From Gekko japonicus (Eukaryota), in assembly GCF_001447785.1 (NCBI RefSeq), contig NW_015176566.1, forward strand, positions 1 through 64,000: 64,000 nucleotides of DNA, written 5' to 3'. Below, piece after piece: positions 48,907 through 61,310 of the stretch. The stretch's first letter is position 1. The number at the start of each line of letters is the position of its first letter. The position numbers and the translations under genes were made by a program. The notes beneath the pieces were generated by a model. That model was not told where the DNA came from. It made no database searches and saw nothing but the letters and a program-made list of their open reading frames with translations.

Positions 48907-50930
48907 AAAGGAAAGATAACAGTGACTCTGTATAAAGGTGACAGAAATAACTCAGACTCTTAGAGTTTTGGACAATCACATTTAATGGCTGACAAAATCA
49001 GTTCTTGACAACATGATGACTATTTCTGTTAAACCTTTCTGATTGCCTTATCATAGTTTCCATAATCATTGCTTAAAGGTTTAGGACAACATTTACAGAT
49101 TACTTTGAATTGCAATCTTATACACCTCTCCTCAGAAATAATTCTCAGAGTTTAAGAAGATCTCTTTTTCACCAAATAAATATGGATGATTGAAGACTTA
49201 TGTTTGGGTATCTAACCAGCTTTACTGCTGGTGAAAAAAAGAGATGAGGTTTCCCTTTGACCAACCTCAAAATGGTGGGGACACTGTGATCTGTGTGGAC
49301 AAAAGTCATGTGGGATATGGATGGTAATAATGAGGAGAATTAGGCAAGACTGAGTGAAGTGGGGGGAAAAACCAGGCTGGATCCTATTCATTATTTAATA
49401 CTAGGAGCAAGGCCCACTGCAGCAACAATGCAATGATCTCTAGACGGGGGGGGGGGCATCTCCCCTCCACTGATCCCCCACTTGGTAGTTGCTCCACAGA
49501 CCCCGGGGGTGCTGTACTGTGGCAATGGCCCGGCAGTGGCTCCATGCCTGGGCAGTCTCTGAGCACACAGGGGGCTGGCCACCAACTCCTCCCTCCGTCC
49601 CACAGTCTGTCCCTCATCCCCTGGACCAATTTCTCTGGAGCATCTTCCTTTGGGGTCGCAACCCTCTCCGCTCCCCCCAGCACCACCTGGCCATCCTGCT
49701 GGGCTCCTGCCCTTGGTGGCATCCCTGAGTGGTATGTGCTGTCCCTGGGGCTTTCCCTCTCCCCTTCCCTCCCCGCCCACCAGAATCCGCGTGCTGCTGC
49801 TGAGCAGAGGCGGCGACAGAGAGGAGTCCACAGCAAGGCAGGCGGTGGCGTTTTTGGCATGTCTCCCTCTTCCACCTGCCTCCATCCAGGGCCCAGCTCT
49901 CCACAGCCCTCGCACCATTGCGCGGCTGCAGGAGAGAGGCATGAAGAGGCCACGGCCGGAGTCTGGGGAGGGAGGTGTGGGTGGAGGCAGTGGTGGTGGT
50001 GGTGCAGGCCAGGTGAGTTCAAGCTGGGGCTGGAGCTGGAGGGAGCCAGCAGGCAACAGCAAGGCCAGCCAAGGCCGTCCTCCTGGCTCCCGCTGGGTGA
50101 ATTGGAACACAAGATATGTGCATGTCTCTGCCTGCGGCCGGCGGAGGGTGCATCTTGTTGATGTGTGTTTCTCAGTGCCTGTGCCCACCGGAGGGTCCAT
50201 CCCATTGGGCGTCTTGGCATAAACTGAGAGCGAGAGGCTGGCGGGGGCCTCTGTGGGCAGGACTCTGCCCCCCACTGACTGGCAGTTCATGCGGCCAACG
50301 GGTTTTGGTGTGTATAGAACGATGCCACCCCAAGTGGCTTTTATAATATAAGGAAGGATTAGAGATGTATGTGCTTCTCTGTCCTTTGTGTGTGTGTGTG
50401 TGGGGAATCTTCTCTAAAATTATGTTGTTATGGGGGGAGGGATTTCTTCTTCCAAACTTCACTTTTTTTAGATATGGCCATTGATTCCTCTTATCTTCTT
50501 TTTCTCTTTTAAAAGAGAAGTTTGTCTTCCCCCCCCTCATTTTTTCTTTGCCTGCCTCTATGGAGTGAAATTTTGAATTTTTTTATAACCTCCCTTTCCA
50601 GCCCTTCTTGAATTTCTCTTTGAGAAAACCAGAATTGATTAGAAACTGACCCCACATTTGTGCGTGTGTGTGTGAAAATAAATTGATTGTTGGATTTCAG
50701 GGAAAACCTGTCTGAAGAGAAATTAACTCTGAAAGATTTACTGATTGGTCAGCCATATCTTAAATGAGCAAACAATTTAAATTTGGTTTGTATACAGATA
50801 TTTTTGATATTTTAAAATAGTTTCTGATTTTCATGATTACTCTTATTCTTCCTCAGTTCTTCTTGGGTTCCATTGTCTACATACCATAATATAACCCAGG
50901 TGCTAAGTAGCTTATTATGGAATGGATCCA

Positions 50931-51431
50931 NNNNNNNNNNNNNNNNNNNNNNNNNNNNNNNNNNNNNNNNNNNNNNNNNNNNNNNNNNNNNNNNNNNNNN
51001 NNNNNNNNNNNNNNNNNNNNNNNNNNNNNNNNNNNNNNNNNNNNNNNNNNNNNNNNNNNNNNNNNNNNNNNNNNNNNNNNNNNNNNNNNNNNNNNNNNNN
51101 NNNNNNNNNNNNNNNNNNNNNNNNNNNNNNNNNNNNNNNNNNNNNNNNNNNNNNNNNNNNNNNNNNNNNNNNNNNNNNNNNNNNNNNNNNNNNNNNNNNN
51201 NNNNNNNNNNNNNNNNNNNNNNNNNNNNNNNNNNNNNNNNNNNNNNNNNNNNNNNNNNNNNNNNNNNNNNNNNNNNNNNNNNNNNNNNNNNNNNNNNNNN
51301 NNNNNNNNNNNNNNNNNNNNNNNNNNNNNNNNNNNNNNNNNNNNNNNNNNNNNNNNNNNNNNNNNNNNNNNNNNNNNNNNNNNNNNNNNNNNNNNNNNNN
51401 NNNNNNNNNNNNNNNNNNNNNNNNNNNNNNN
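50931..51431. other. Assembly gap
   Basis: N run. Confidence 1.
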
Positions 51432-53061
51432 AAATTAATCAACTACCATTTTCTTTTTAAAAGAAATGGGGGGGGGGGTCCTGAATGTTTGATGTTCCAC
51501 AGGCCAGAGATTCCCAACTATTGTTCTGAATTCTTACACAAAAATCTAATTCCTGCATGTATGGATCCCATTTTGAATCCAGGTTAAAAAAATGAAAGGA
51601 AGAAGCGGAGACCTGCAAGTAATGTTATACCATCAGCATTCTTGATGTAAGTCTACTTCAATCCTATATGATAGACTGACAGGATCTGATCTTGTGGTAA
51701 CAGTAGAAATTGTGGTGTTATGTGAAACATCAACTGAGTGTGCAACAGCACAGAAGAAGACAAAAGTCATGTTGTGCATTTTTAGGAAAGGGAAGGAAAA
51801 TAAACTATTCTCATAATGTCTTTCAATAAATCTATAATGTATTGGCATTTGAGATGCTGTGTATAGTTCTGGTCACCCAAACTCTAAAAGATATCACAGA
51901 TAAGAAAAATTGCAATAAAGGGCAACCAAAATGATCATGGGGTTGGTACACCTTCTAGCTAAGGAACACCCAATGGTTTGGGCCTTTTTGGTTAAGAGGA
52001 AGTCTAAAAGAAAGCAGGATGAAGGAAATGATGCACAGACATTATATATTTCCCCTCTCATAATATTAGCATCTGTAGTTATTCAAAATTACAGTAAATC
52101 CAGAACAGCTAAATTATTTACATAACACACTGCTCACATATAGAATTTGCATCCATGGGGTATTATAGAGGACCCCATCAGGGCCAGGCACACAAAAGCT
52201 GACCAATTGGAGGCAGGCTCGCCAGCCAGGTCCGGTGGCATCTGCCTCCACACAGAAATCCTGTTGGAGTGAACTGCAAGTTCTATATGAAGAACCAACT
52301 AGGACCCAAAACTGGAGTGGCCCAGATAGTACAGTGGCCTCCACAGCCAGAGTAGAAACCAGAGTGGGTCTTGAGAGGCTTGCACAAAGGCAAGCCAGAA
52401 CAAAAGCCAGGTCTGGGCCAGAGAAGCCTGCATGAGGGTAAGTAAGCTCCAAGTCCTGAACCTGAGAGGTCCAGGGAAAAGCAAGGGGTGGGGACTGAGG
52501 GCTGGCAGCCTACCCCAGCCAACCCTCTGGCATAGACAATAGGGCAAAATGGGTGAAGAATCATCCAGCAGCCCAAGAGGAGGGATAGGGGAGGAGTGAA
52601 TCATCACCCTTTCTCAAAGAGAGGCCAGGTATGCTCAGGGAAGTAGTGAGGGTGAGGTTGCCAGCCACCCAGTGAGTGACAGCAGGATAATTTATTAAAA
52701 ATGGCTGTCAAGCAATGGCCAGTCTTCCATATCCCCATCCATCTGGTCTCCTGCCAGAGTCCAAAGCAGTAATTTTCCGCTAGGAAAGTGATCCCTATAG
52801 TCTAGTAATTTGTAATTCTGGGAGATCTCCAGTCCTCACCTGGAGGTTGACAATCCTAAGCAAGGCTATTTGGAGCTTTAAATGCAGGTTTCTGGGAAAG
52901 GCCAAGGAGGAGAGGAGGATGAATGGGCAAGAGCCATGGTCCTGGGGAAAGGACAAGAAATAAAGTTGTGCAACCCCCTCTCCTTTCCCATTCCGAGGCC
53001 TGGGGAGACCTGCAGGAGACACCCAGCAAGAGAGCTGAAAGCAAGCCAGTAGGGCTGGCGT

Positions 53062-53347
53062 GGGAGGAGCCTCCCATCTGCAGAGCCACCATTTTGTTGC
53101 TTTTGGTTTAGAGGTGCTAGCTGCATGTCTTCTTCAGACAAATTCCATGGAAGCACCACCATTTCCTGCTGGTGCACAACTGAGTAGTGGGAGAAAATGC
53201 GGGGGGGGGGGGAGGAGCCTCCCATCTGCAGAGCCACCATTTTGTTGCTTTTGGTTTAGAGGTGCTAGCTGCATGTCTTCTTCAGACAAATTCCATGGAA
53301 GCACCACCATTTCCTGCTGGTGCACAACTGAGTAGTGGGAGAAAATG
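53062..53347 (+). repeat. Tandem duplication, period 148 bp, joined by a poly-G run
   Basis: ggaggagcctcccatctgcag...gggagaaaatg occurs twice with no differences noticed. Confidence 0.95.
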
Positions 53348-56326
53348 TGTGGGTGGGGATGTCAATGTGTCAGTGTCACTTCTGGCTAAAACCTAGAAGT
53401 GATGTTGCCAACTGTGTAGAATGTCAGTAATATTACTTTCGAGTTTTATGTGGATGAAATGTTGACACATCAGCTGTGTCCTTTCTCCTATGCTCCACTG
53501 TCAAAGTCTGCTGGGGTTTATAGAATTAATTTATGTTTTTTTGGTGTTTTCTCTGAAGTGACAAAGTGGCACAGAAAACACTAGCACTTAAAAAAAAAGT
53601 TCTCCCATCACTGCTTGGACTGCCAGTAATAGGGATAGGCATGAACCAGGAAAAATGCAGTTTGTTTCAATTTGTGTTTTATGGAGTACTCAGTTCATGA
53701 GCCAATGACCTTCACAAACCTTTAGACATCAAATGAACCAATTCAATTTGTGAAGTTCATGATAGAGGAGAATGCTAGAGACACCAAATTTGCACAGCAT
53801 CTCTGGATGACTCTCCTCTACCTGGCCTCCAAGTTTGGTGAGGATTGGATTTATGGGGTCTGATTTACACCTCCCCCCAAGGAAGGTGCCCCCAGGAAAG
53901 TGCTTTCTAGGAAAATGACTGGACAAGGTTCATGAGGTTCCAGAGCATGTAAAACAGACCCTGTGGAAGCTAGAGTTATCAATCTCACAGAGGACCTCCC
54001 TCTTATCCTCCTCTACATGCCCTCCAACTTTGGATTTAGGGGGTCCAAGTTATGGTCCCATAAAGAAGATGCACCCAGGAAATTCCTCTTGTAGAAAATG
54101 TCAGGTGCAGGTTCAAAAGTGTATAGAATGGACCCCCTGTAAGCTACACACATCAAACATGCAGAGAACCTCACCCTGCCTTTGCAATTTGGTAAACACT
54201 TTGACTGAGCAGAGACAGTCCATCTGGACATGCATTCATTCACAAACTGCTACAACCCTCTTGAAAGTTCATGAAAAGTTCTGGTTGACCTGCCGTGAAC
54301 TTCAGTTCACAAACCATGATTTGGCCAAAATTCATCACAGACTCTAGCTCTTGATCCAATGCATGCTCTTCCCTATCCAGTAACAAACCAATGAGCCACT
54401 GCAGATTTTGAGATTAGATTAAAACAAAATAAGGCTCTATCACACACAAGTTGCAAATCTTATCAAATCGAGTTTAGGCCCCCTTTGAGCTTGAGACCCG
54501 GGCCAAATGCCCCTCCCTCCACAGTTGACCCAGCTCAGGAACATCTTTTTTTCCTCCAAATATCTTGAATATCTAGACAATGGAGACTCCTGTGTGATAT
54601 GAAAGCATGCCACTACATATTGTTTGGTATTTATTCAATTTTATTTATATTATTTATAGTATGCCTTTTTCATTAAGAATCAATGTGGATTGCATAATAT
54701 AAACCAATGCAATCAATAGAATAAGACATCTGCTACGGGAAGTAGTAACTAGGATTACAGAAATCTGAAAACAAAGCATAAGTATTATCCCTATGGATTC
54801 AGTAATGGGATATACAATACAGCTTCCCCGAAGAATTGAATTACATCAAACACCAGCAAATACAAATGGAGATTCTCTTGCTTCCTGTGCTCTCATGCCT
54901 TGCTGTGGACCCAGAAGTATTTTGTTGTTTCAGTGAAGGGAGAACTTGTGTAAGATGGTATGTTGGTTGCCATTAAACCAAATGGCAACCGTCTGATATT
55001 TTGGTATCTCCGTCTGATATTTTGGTATCAGAAGGTCTAAATAATTTTACATTAGAATGAAATGAATAGATTTCGTTGTTCCAAGAGTCAGTTTTTGCAT
55101 GCTTATCTGGTGAGCTAGATTCTGCCAAGACAGGAGAATCCACAATTTTGACTATTATGGTAGTGCCATGTCTAATGATATGTGGATCTTTATATAGAAA
55201 AGGGCATTGTCCAGATAGTAAATTACAGTGGCACAAGATATGTCAGTGTTTAAAGCATCTCTGTATTAGGAGCAAATGTCATTTGGGGCTGTATTGATGA
55301 CAGCTAGTGTGGTGGTAGTTGTTGAGTGTCATACTAAGCTCTGGGAGACGGAGGTTTGAATCCCACTCTGCCATAAATGCTCACTGGGTCACCAGTCTAA
55401 GCTTCCTCCTATAATGTTATGAGAATAAACATGGAGGAGAGGTCGATGACGTAAACTGTTTTGGGTCCCCATTGGAGCAAAAGGATGGGCATAGATGAAA
55501 TTTTTTTAAAAAACATTTTCCTTAAAAAAACCCCACCTCTCTTACCATTTATTTTAGGTGTTCTCCAAATAGTAGTGGTGATTTAAAATGTGTCACTTAT
55601 CCTGTTTTCCTTTCCTCTTTCCTACATAAATATTTAGTATTAAAGCTCAGTAAGCCATCAGACGCTGTAGGCTAACTTAGGTCATGGAACAATATGTTGT
55701 ATCTTATCACTCCACTCAGCTAAAACCACATTCCTCCAATACAAGGAGTTGTCAGCTAGTAATTATAAACCATATATGGATTTAGTAGGCAGTAGTTAGA
55801 AAAGCTAACTAGATTACAACAGTAGGAGAGAGTAACTGGCACTTTGTGGAACCACAATCATGAAACAGTAGAAATTTTGAACAGGAAAACAAGGGTTAAA
55901 AAAAACCAACCATGTGTGAACTTGATCCAAAGGCCAATCTCCTGTACACTTTCAGGTTTCTATGCAATGGCATGGCTTAATTGGTACTATGGATGGATTT
56001 TTGAACAAGCCGGTCTCTAAAATGGCCTGTCAACTTGGACCTGTGAATGAACCAATTTGGTGGCATGCAGATCAGGTGAGTCTACATTCAAACACACTGA
56101 GGGTTTTTTTTTAATTGTCCCCAAACGTTCCATGGATTGATGGTGGACTGCCAGAAAACAACAACAACAGTATGAAGCAAGGGATGAATAATGGCAGGAA
56201 CCTGAGCTTTACATCACATTTCATGGACATCTGCAATTCCCTAATGTTGCCTATAGGATCACACAATAAGGTCTGTGTGATGCACACTGCATATTGAATC
56301 ACAAAGGTATGAGAATGTTTTCAGAA

Positions 56327-57771
56327 CAAAAATATACAGGATGAGGATGTAAATTCATGAATCTTAGTTGTATGAACCTGGATGGACCTTACTCTCAAAT
56401 ATAGAGGTCACATACAACTATATATCTATCCTTTGCTGCCTTTCTGTTAAGGAACAATAGGTTGCATAATCAATAGACTAGTGGAATAACATTATTTATA
56501 TTTGTGTTTACCTCTCTCTCTCTCTCTCTGTATGTGTGTGTGGTCGAATTCCACTAGCTTTTCCGCTGATTCAAAAGGAAAGCTGAGCCCCTTTTGAGCC
56601 CTGAAAAGATTGTGTCAGAAATCATGGGGCAGAGGATGAAACAGTAGCAAGGAAGGTAATGTCATGAGATATCCTTCCTCTCTCTTGTGCCAGTTTCAGG
56701 GGGGAAACAACAACAACCAAACACTGAGATTATATAAACTATAATGTTCTGAGTATTGATGGCATTTCACGGACATTGTCAAAAATCCTTTCAACAAACC
56801 TGGAAGGTGGATCAGTATTCCTTTGAAGATGGGAAAACCCAGATAGCTGCTGGCTACTTAAGGCTTTATGGAGGAGACACAACTTGAACTTCCAGGCTCA
56901 CCTCTTCACCATCAGGGTCCTCTTAGGGTTGTAAAACCACAGACCTTCAGAAACATAATACTTAAAATGGGGAAGAGAGGAAATGTTTTAAGTTTATTCA
57001 AAAATGGAGAGAATCAGAAAAAGCCAAAAATATACAGGATGAGGATGTAAATTCGTGAATCTTAGTTGTGTGAACCTGGATGGACCTTACTCTTGTAGAG
57101 GTCACATACAACTATATATCTATCCTTTGCTGCCTTTCTGTCAAGGAACAATAGGTTGTATAATCAATAGACTAGTGGAATAACATTATCTGTATTTGTG
57201 TTTACCTCTCTCACAGTCGGACTCGACTGTGCGACTGAACAACAACTCTCTCTCTCTCTGCATGTGTGTGGTTGAATTCCACTAGCTTTTCCGCTTATTC
57301 AAAAGGAAAGCTGAGCCCCTTTTGAGCCCTGAAAAGATTGTGTCAGAAATCATGGGGCAGAGGATGAAACAGTAGCAAGGAAGGTAATGTCATGAGATAT
57401 CCTTCCTCTCTCTTGTGCCAGTTTCAGGGGGGAAACAACAACAACCAAACACTGAGATTATATAAACTATAATGTTCTGAGTATTGATGGCATTTCACGG
57501 ACATTGTCAAAAATCCTTTCAACAAACCTGGAAGGTAGATCAGTATTCCTTTGAAGATGGGAAAACCCAGATAGCTGCTGGCTACTTAAGGCCACCTATC
57601 AACTTTATGGATGAGGCAAAACTTGAACCATGGACTTCCAGGCTCACCTCTTCACCATCAGGGTCCTCTTAGGGTTGTAAAACCACAGACCTTCAGAAAC
57701 ATAATACTTAAAATGGGGAAGAGAGGAAATGTTTTAAGTTTATTCAAAAATGGAGAGAATCAGAAAAAGCC
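56327..57771 (+). repeat. Tandem duplication (~700 bp) upstream of OR 58668
   Basis: caaaaatatacaggatgaggatg starts at 56327 and at 57025. Confidence 0.95.
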
Positions 57772-58071
57772 ACTCTCTGAGTACTAAAAAGTTTTGGAGG
57801 GAACATTTGAAAATATTTTTTTTCTTTGCTGAGACAAATATGTGTGAGCCGGAGGCTAAAAAACTGTGAGCTAGCTCACACTAGCTCAGCTTAGAGGGAA
57901 CACTGATTGCCATTTGTCTGTTTGTTAATGTTTTAAAACAAATTTCTTTTCATATGTAGAATGCAAACTGATTGCTTTACATTTTAAAATCTGTTAATGA
58001 CAGAATTCTACCTATGTTTTGATTATGGATTAAAGAACTGATGTTCAAGTATGATGGTATTGAGTGGAGAC

Positions 58072-58333
58072 GGAAACAACAACAACCAAACACTGAGATT
58101 ATATAAACTATAATGTTCTGAGTATTGATGGCATTTCACGGACATTGTCAAAAATCCTTTCAACAAACCTGGAAGGTGGATCAGTATTCCTTTGAAGATG
58201 GGAAAACCCAGATAGCTGCTGGCTACTTAAGGCTTTATGGAGGAGACACAACTTGAACTTCCAGGCTCACCTCTTCACCATCAGGGTCCTCTTAAAATGG
58301 GGAAGAGAGGAAATGCTTTAAGTTTATTCAAAA
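58072..58333 (+). repeat. Third partial copy of the 56327-57771 unit
   Basis: ggaaacaacaacaaccaaacactgag...aagtttattcaaaa; shares copy-1 indels. Confidence 0.93.
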
Positions 58334-58667
58334 TCCAGCTATTTTTGTATGTTTCATGAAAAAATATTTGAAAAGATGGCTGGTTCAAAACAAAGGTGTG
58401 TGAGAGGGAGAAGGAGAGAGAAATTTTCCAAAACCACCATGGCATGTTCCCCTAATGCCACCACATGTAACAGTTTCCTGCTGCAATAAATAATGGTTGA
58501 CATACAAACATATACCAAGAATTGCTATTGAAGGGGTGAGTGTGATGAAGCTCATACTATTTTATGTATAAATGTGATATTCTAAAATTTGCAACAGCAC
58601 CTATGCCATTTACTTATGGGTTTGTTTGTTTGTTTGTTTTGTATTTATAAGATTTAGATTAGAAATC

Positions 58668-59639
58668 ATGAACCTGTCCTACTCTGGGAATCAAACATCC
58701 ATCAAGGAATTCATACTATTGGGATTTATCAATATCAAGCAAGGAAAGACTTTCCTTTTTGTCCTCTTTCTTACCATGTATACTATCTGCTTATTAGGAA
58801 ATTCACTCATAATTGCTGTGATTCTCTTAAATCAGACACTCCACACCCCTATGTATTTCTTTCTTGGCAACCTCTCTTTCCTAGATGTCTGTTACATCTC
58901 TGTGACTGTACCAAAAATGTTAGCAGATATTTGGGCTGATTATCCAAGCATTTCTTTCATGGGATGTGTAGCACAGATGCAATTTCTTGTAACTTTAGCG
59001 GGTGCAGAGGGATTCCTGCTGGCCTCTATGGCTTTGGACCGTTACTTTGCTATATGTCGCCCATTGAGCTACGCCAGACTCATGAGTAAATGGACTTGTC
59101 TCCAGATTGCTGCCACCTCATGGATTTGTGGCTTCCTCAATGCTTCTCTTCACACAACACTCACATTCCGTCTGTCATACTGCCAATCTAATGGAATCAG
59201 CCATTTTTTCTGTGATATCCCTCCACTGCTGAGTATCTCATGTTCAGACACATCAGTCAATGAAGCAGCTCTTTTCACAGTGGGTGTCTTTGTAGGACTT
59301 AGCCCTTTTTTCTTCACTCTAGTCTCCTATGCTTTCATCCTTCATGCCATTTTGAGCAACCGACAGAAACGGAAGAGTCACAAAGCTATTTCTACTTGCA
59401 TATCCCACCTGACAGTTGTGATTTTGTTCTATGGCTCTGGCATCTTCACTTATTTCCGCCCTACCTCCAGCTACTCACTTGAAAGAGATCAACTTTTTGG
59501 GGTTCTATACAATATCTTAACACCAACACTCAACCCTCTTATCTACAGCCTGCGGAATAAGGAAGTGAAATTGGCAATGAGGAGGTTGGTGGTCAGAGAA
59601 CATTCTGTTTTGGAAACGAGGCTCTTCCACAACAACTGA
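58668..59639 (+). CDS. Olfactory receptor, class II, intact (323 aa from ATG 58668)
   Basis: MNLSYSGNQTS, LHTPMYFFLGNLSFLDVC, MALDRYFAICRPLSY, HFFCDIPPLL, KAISTCISHL, PTLNPLIYSLRNKEV. The track start at 58626 is a non-ATG codon. Confidence 0.95.
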   Translation: MNLSYSGNQTSIKEFILLGFINIKQGKTFLFVLFLTMYTICLLGNSLIIAVILLNQTLHTPMYFFLGNLSFLDVCYISVTVPKMLADIWADYPSISFMGCVAQMQFLVTLAGAEGFLLASMALDRYFAICRPLSYARLMSKWTCLQIAATSWICGFLNASLHTTLTFRLSYCQSNGISHFFCDIPPLLSISCSDTSVNEAALFTVGVFVGLSPFFFTLVSYAFILHAILSNRQKRKSHKAISTCISHLTVVILFYGSGIFTYFRPTSSYSLERDQLFGVLYNILTPTLNPLIYSLRNKEVKLAMRRLVVREHSVLETRLFHNN

Positions 59640-60687
59640 GTTTAATTGACACCCTAAATTTGTGGCTGAAGAGCTCAAAACCATAAGAAACATTCAAGGG
59701 ACATTTCAAGGAATTTAGCCATCACATTATCTGTGGGAAGTGAGAAAATAGGGATTCTTAATAAATTTTATTAAATATTTTATAAGAATAAATACAAGGA
59801 GTGGTTTCAGGGGTGCCAGTTTTGTTGGTATCATTGATTTGTCCAGCTAGCTTTTCTACTGATGAAAAAAGAACAAAGGGTTCCTTTCAACCACTCAGAT
59901 AGGCTATGCTGGGGGTCATCAGGCCCTTGTGAATGAAGGCCAAGGAAGGCAGAGGCTGTAGTAAGAGAGAGAATTGAATGAGTCGGGCAAGAAAGGGTTG
60001 AATCTTGGCACTGTTCTGAAAGGGTGAATTAGAGATCCTAGATGTTAAGGACAAGAATCACATCTGGGGACCTAGCCTCTGTTGAGAAAACTATAGGAAG
60101 GACACTGTTTTTTTTTCTGCTTGCCCCAAAGAGGGCATGGTTTATTTAAAGGTTTCCCCCCCCTAAACACAAACATACAATTTACAAACATTAACACACA
60201 CACAAACACATATGGGGGGGGTAATAATGCATAGTACATGGTTTCACTTTAAACCTTATATACAAACAGTTTTCTCAATGCAAGTAACTAAAAAAAGAAA
60301 TCCATTTTCTTTGTTGGCTTCTATATTTTTTATAATTTTCTTGTTAATCCCGTCTTTATTAATCAGGGTATATTATTATAACTATTGTACCAAATATAGA
60401 ATCTTGACCATGTATTTTGAAATGAATTGTTAAAGGGAAGGACACTGGTTTTGAAAGGAAAGTGGATTGCCCACTGAAAACCCCTTCCTAGGTGCTTTTC
60501 TCCAACAGATGTCTGCAGACTCTGGTACTTCCATATGCACTCTCATCTGTTTTATGTGTAACACATACACTTTCTTCTGATTTTGTATTTAATTCATAGT
60601 CTTCCTCCATATGAACTTTTGTGACAGCTCCATTTTTTTCACCAATTCCTACTACTAGTCCCCACCAACCAGATTGTAAGATCTGTG

Positions 60688-61310
60688 GTAACATTATGCT
60701 GTCGAAGGCTTTCACGGCTGGAGTTCATTAGTTGCTGTAGATTTTCTGGGATGTGTGGCCATGGTCTTGGCATTGTAGAACCTAACGTTTTGCCAGTAAC
60801 TGTGACTGGCATCCTCAGAGGTATAAACACAGAAACATGGAATACTCTCTGTGTCAAGGTGAGAAGAAAAAGGTAGGCTGTAAATTTATATCTACTCCAG
60901 AAGGTGGGTAGGGCTGAGTCATTGTCTTGTAGGAGTTCCCTAGGCTATGGACATGCTAATGGAGGAGCTTTTCTGAGGAGGTTCTTTTGTTTCCTGAGGT
61001 GGTTTCCTGCTTCCTGAGGAGGTTGTTGAAATTCTAATCTTATCTGTAGTGCTATTGTCTGATGTAAAGCCTTTTGTGTTTTTCAGGACAGGAAGCCATG
61101 TCCTATTTATTTTTAAACTATCTTCTTTCCTGTTGAAATTATGTTTATGTTTGTGAATTTCAATTGCTTCCCTGTGTAATCTGACATGATAATTGAAAGT
61201 GTTGCCAAACCTTTCAGTGTCTTGGAACAAAATACTGTGTCCTGTTTTAGTTAGGCTATGTTCAGCCACTGCTGAGTTTTCAGGTTGGCCAAGTCTGCAG
61301 TGTCTTTCAA
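60688..61310 (-). mobile_element. Penelope-like element (Poseidon-type GIY-YIG C-terminus plus pLTR)
   Basis: ERHCRLGQPENSAVAEH...GH.I.F..T...R..REAIEIHKH..NFNRKE; pLTR end gccgtgaaagccttcgac on the minus strand. Confidence 0.88.

Noticed and set aside
49384-50290. Overlapping 190-299 aa ORFs on both strands
   Set aside because: GC-rich, low-complexity and open in several frames with no recognisable domain; probably TE interior.
47315-51587. ORFs full of X
   Set aside because: Artifacts of N gaps.
52100-52700. GC-richer block with short ORFs, possible LTR
   Set aside because: No termini, TSD or domain could be established.
54989-55029. 21-bp tandem duplication
   Set aside because: Ordinary slippage; no evidence of function.
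58626-58667. N-terminal extension of the last OR in the ORF track
   Set aside because: Starts at a non-ATG codon in a (TTTG)n intronic tract; the real start is ATG 58668.
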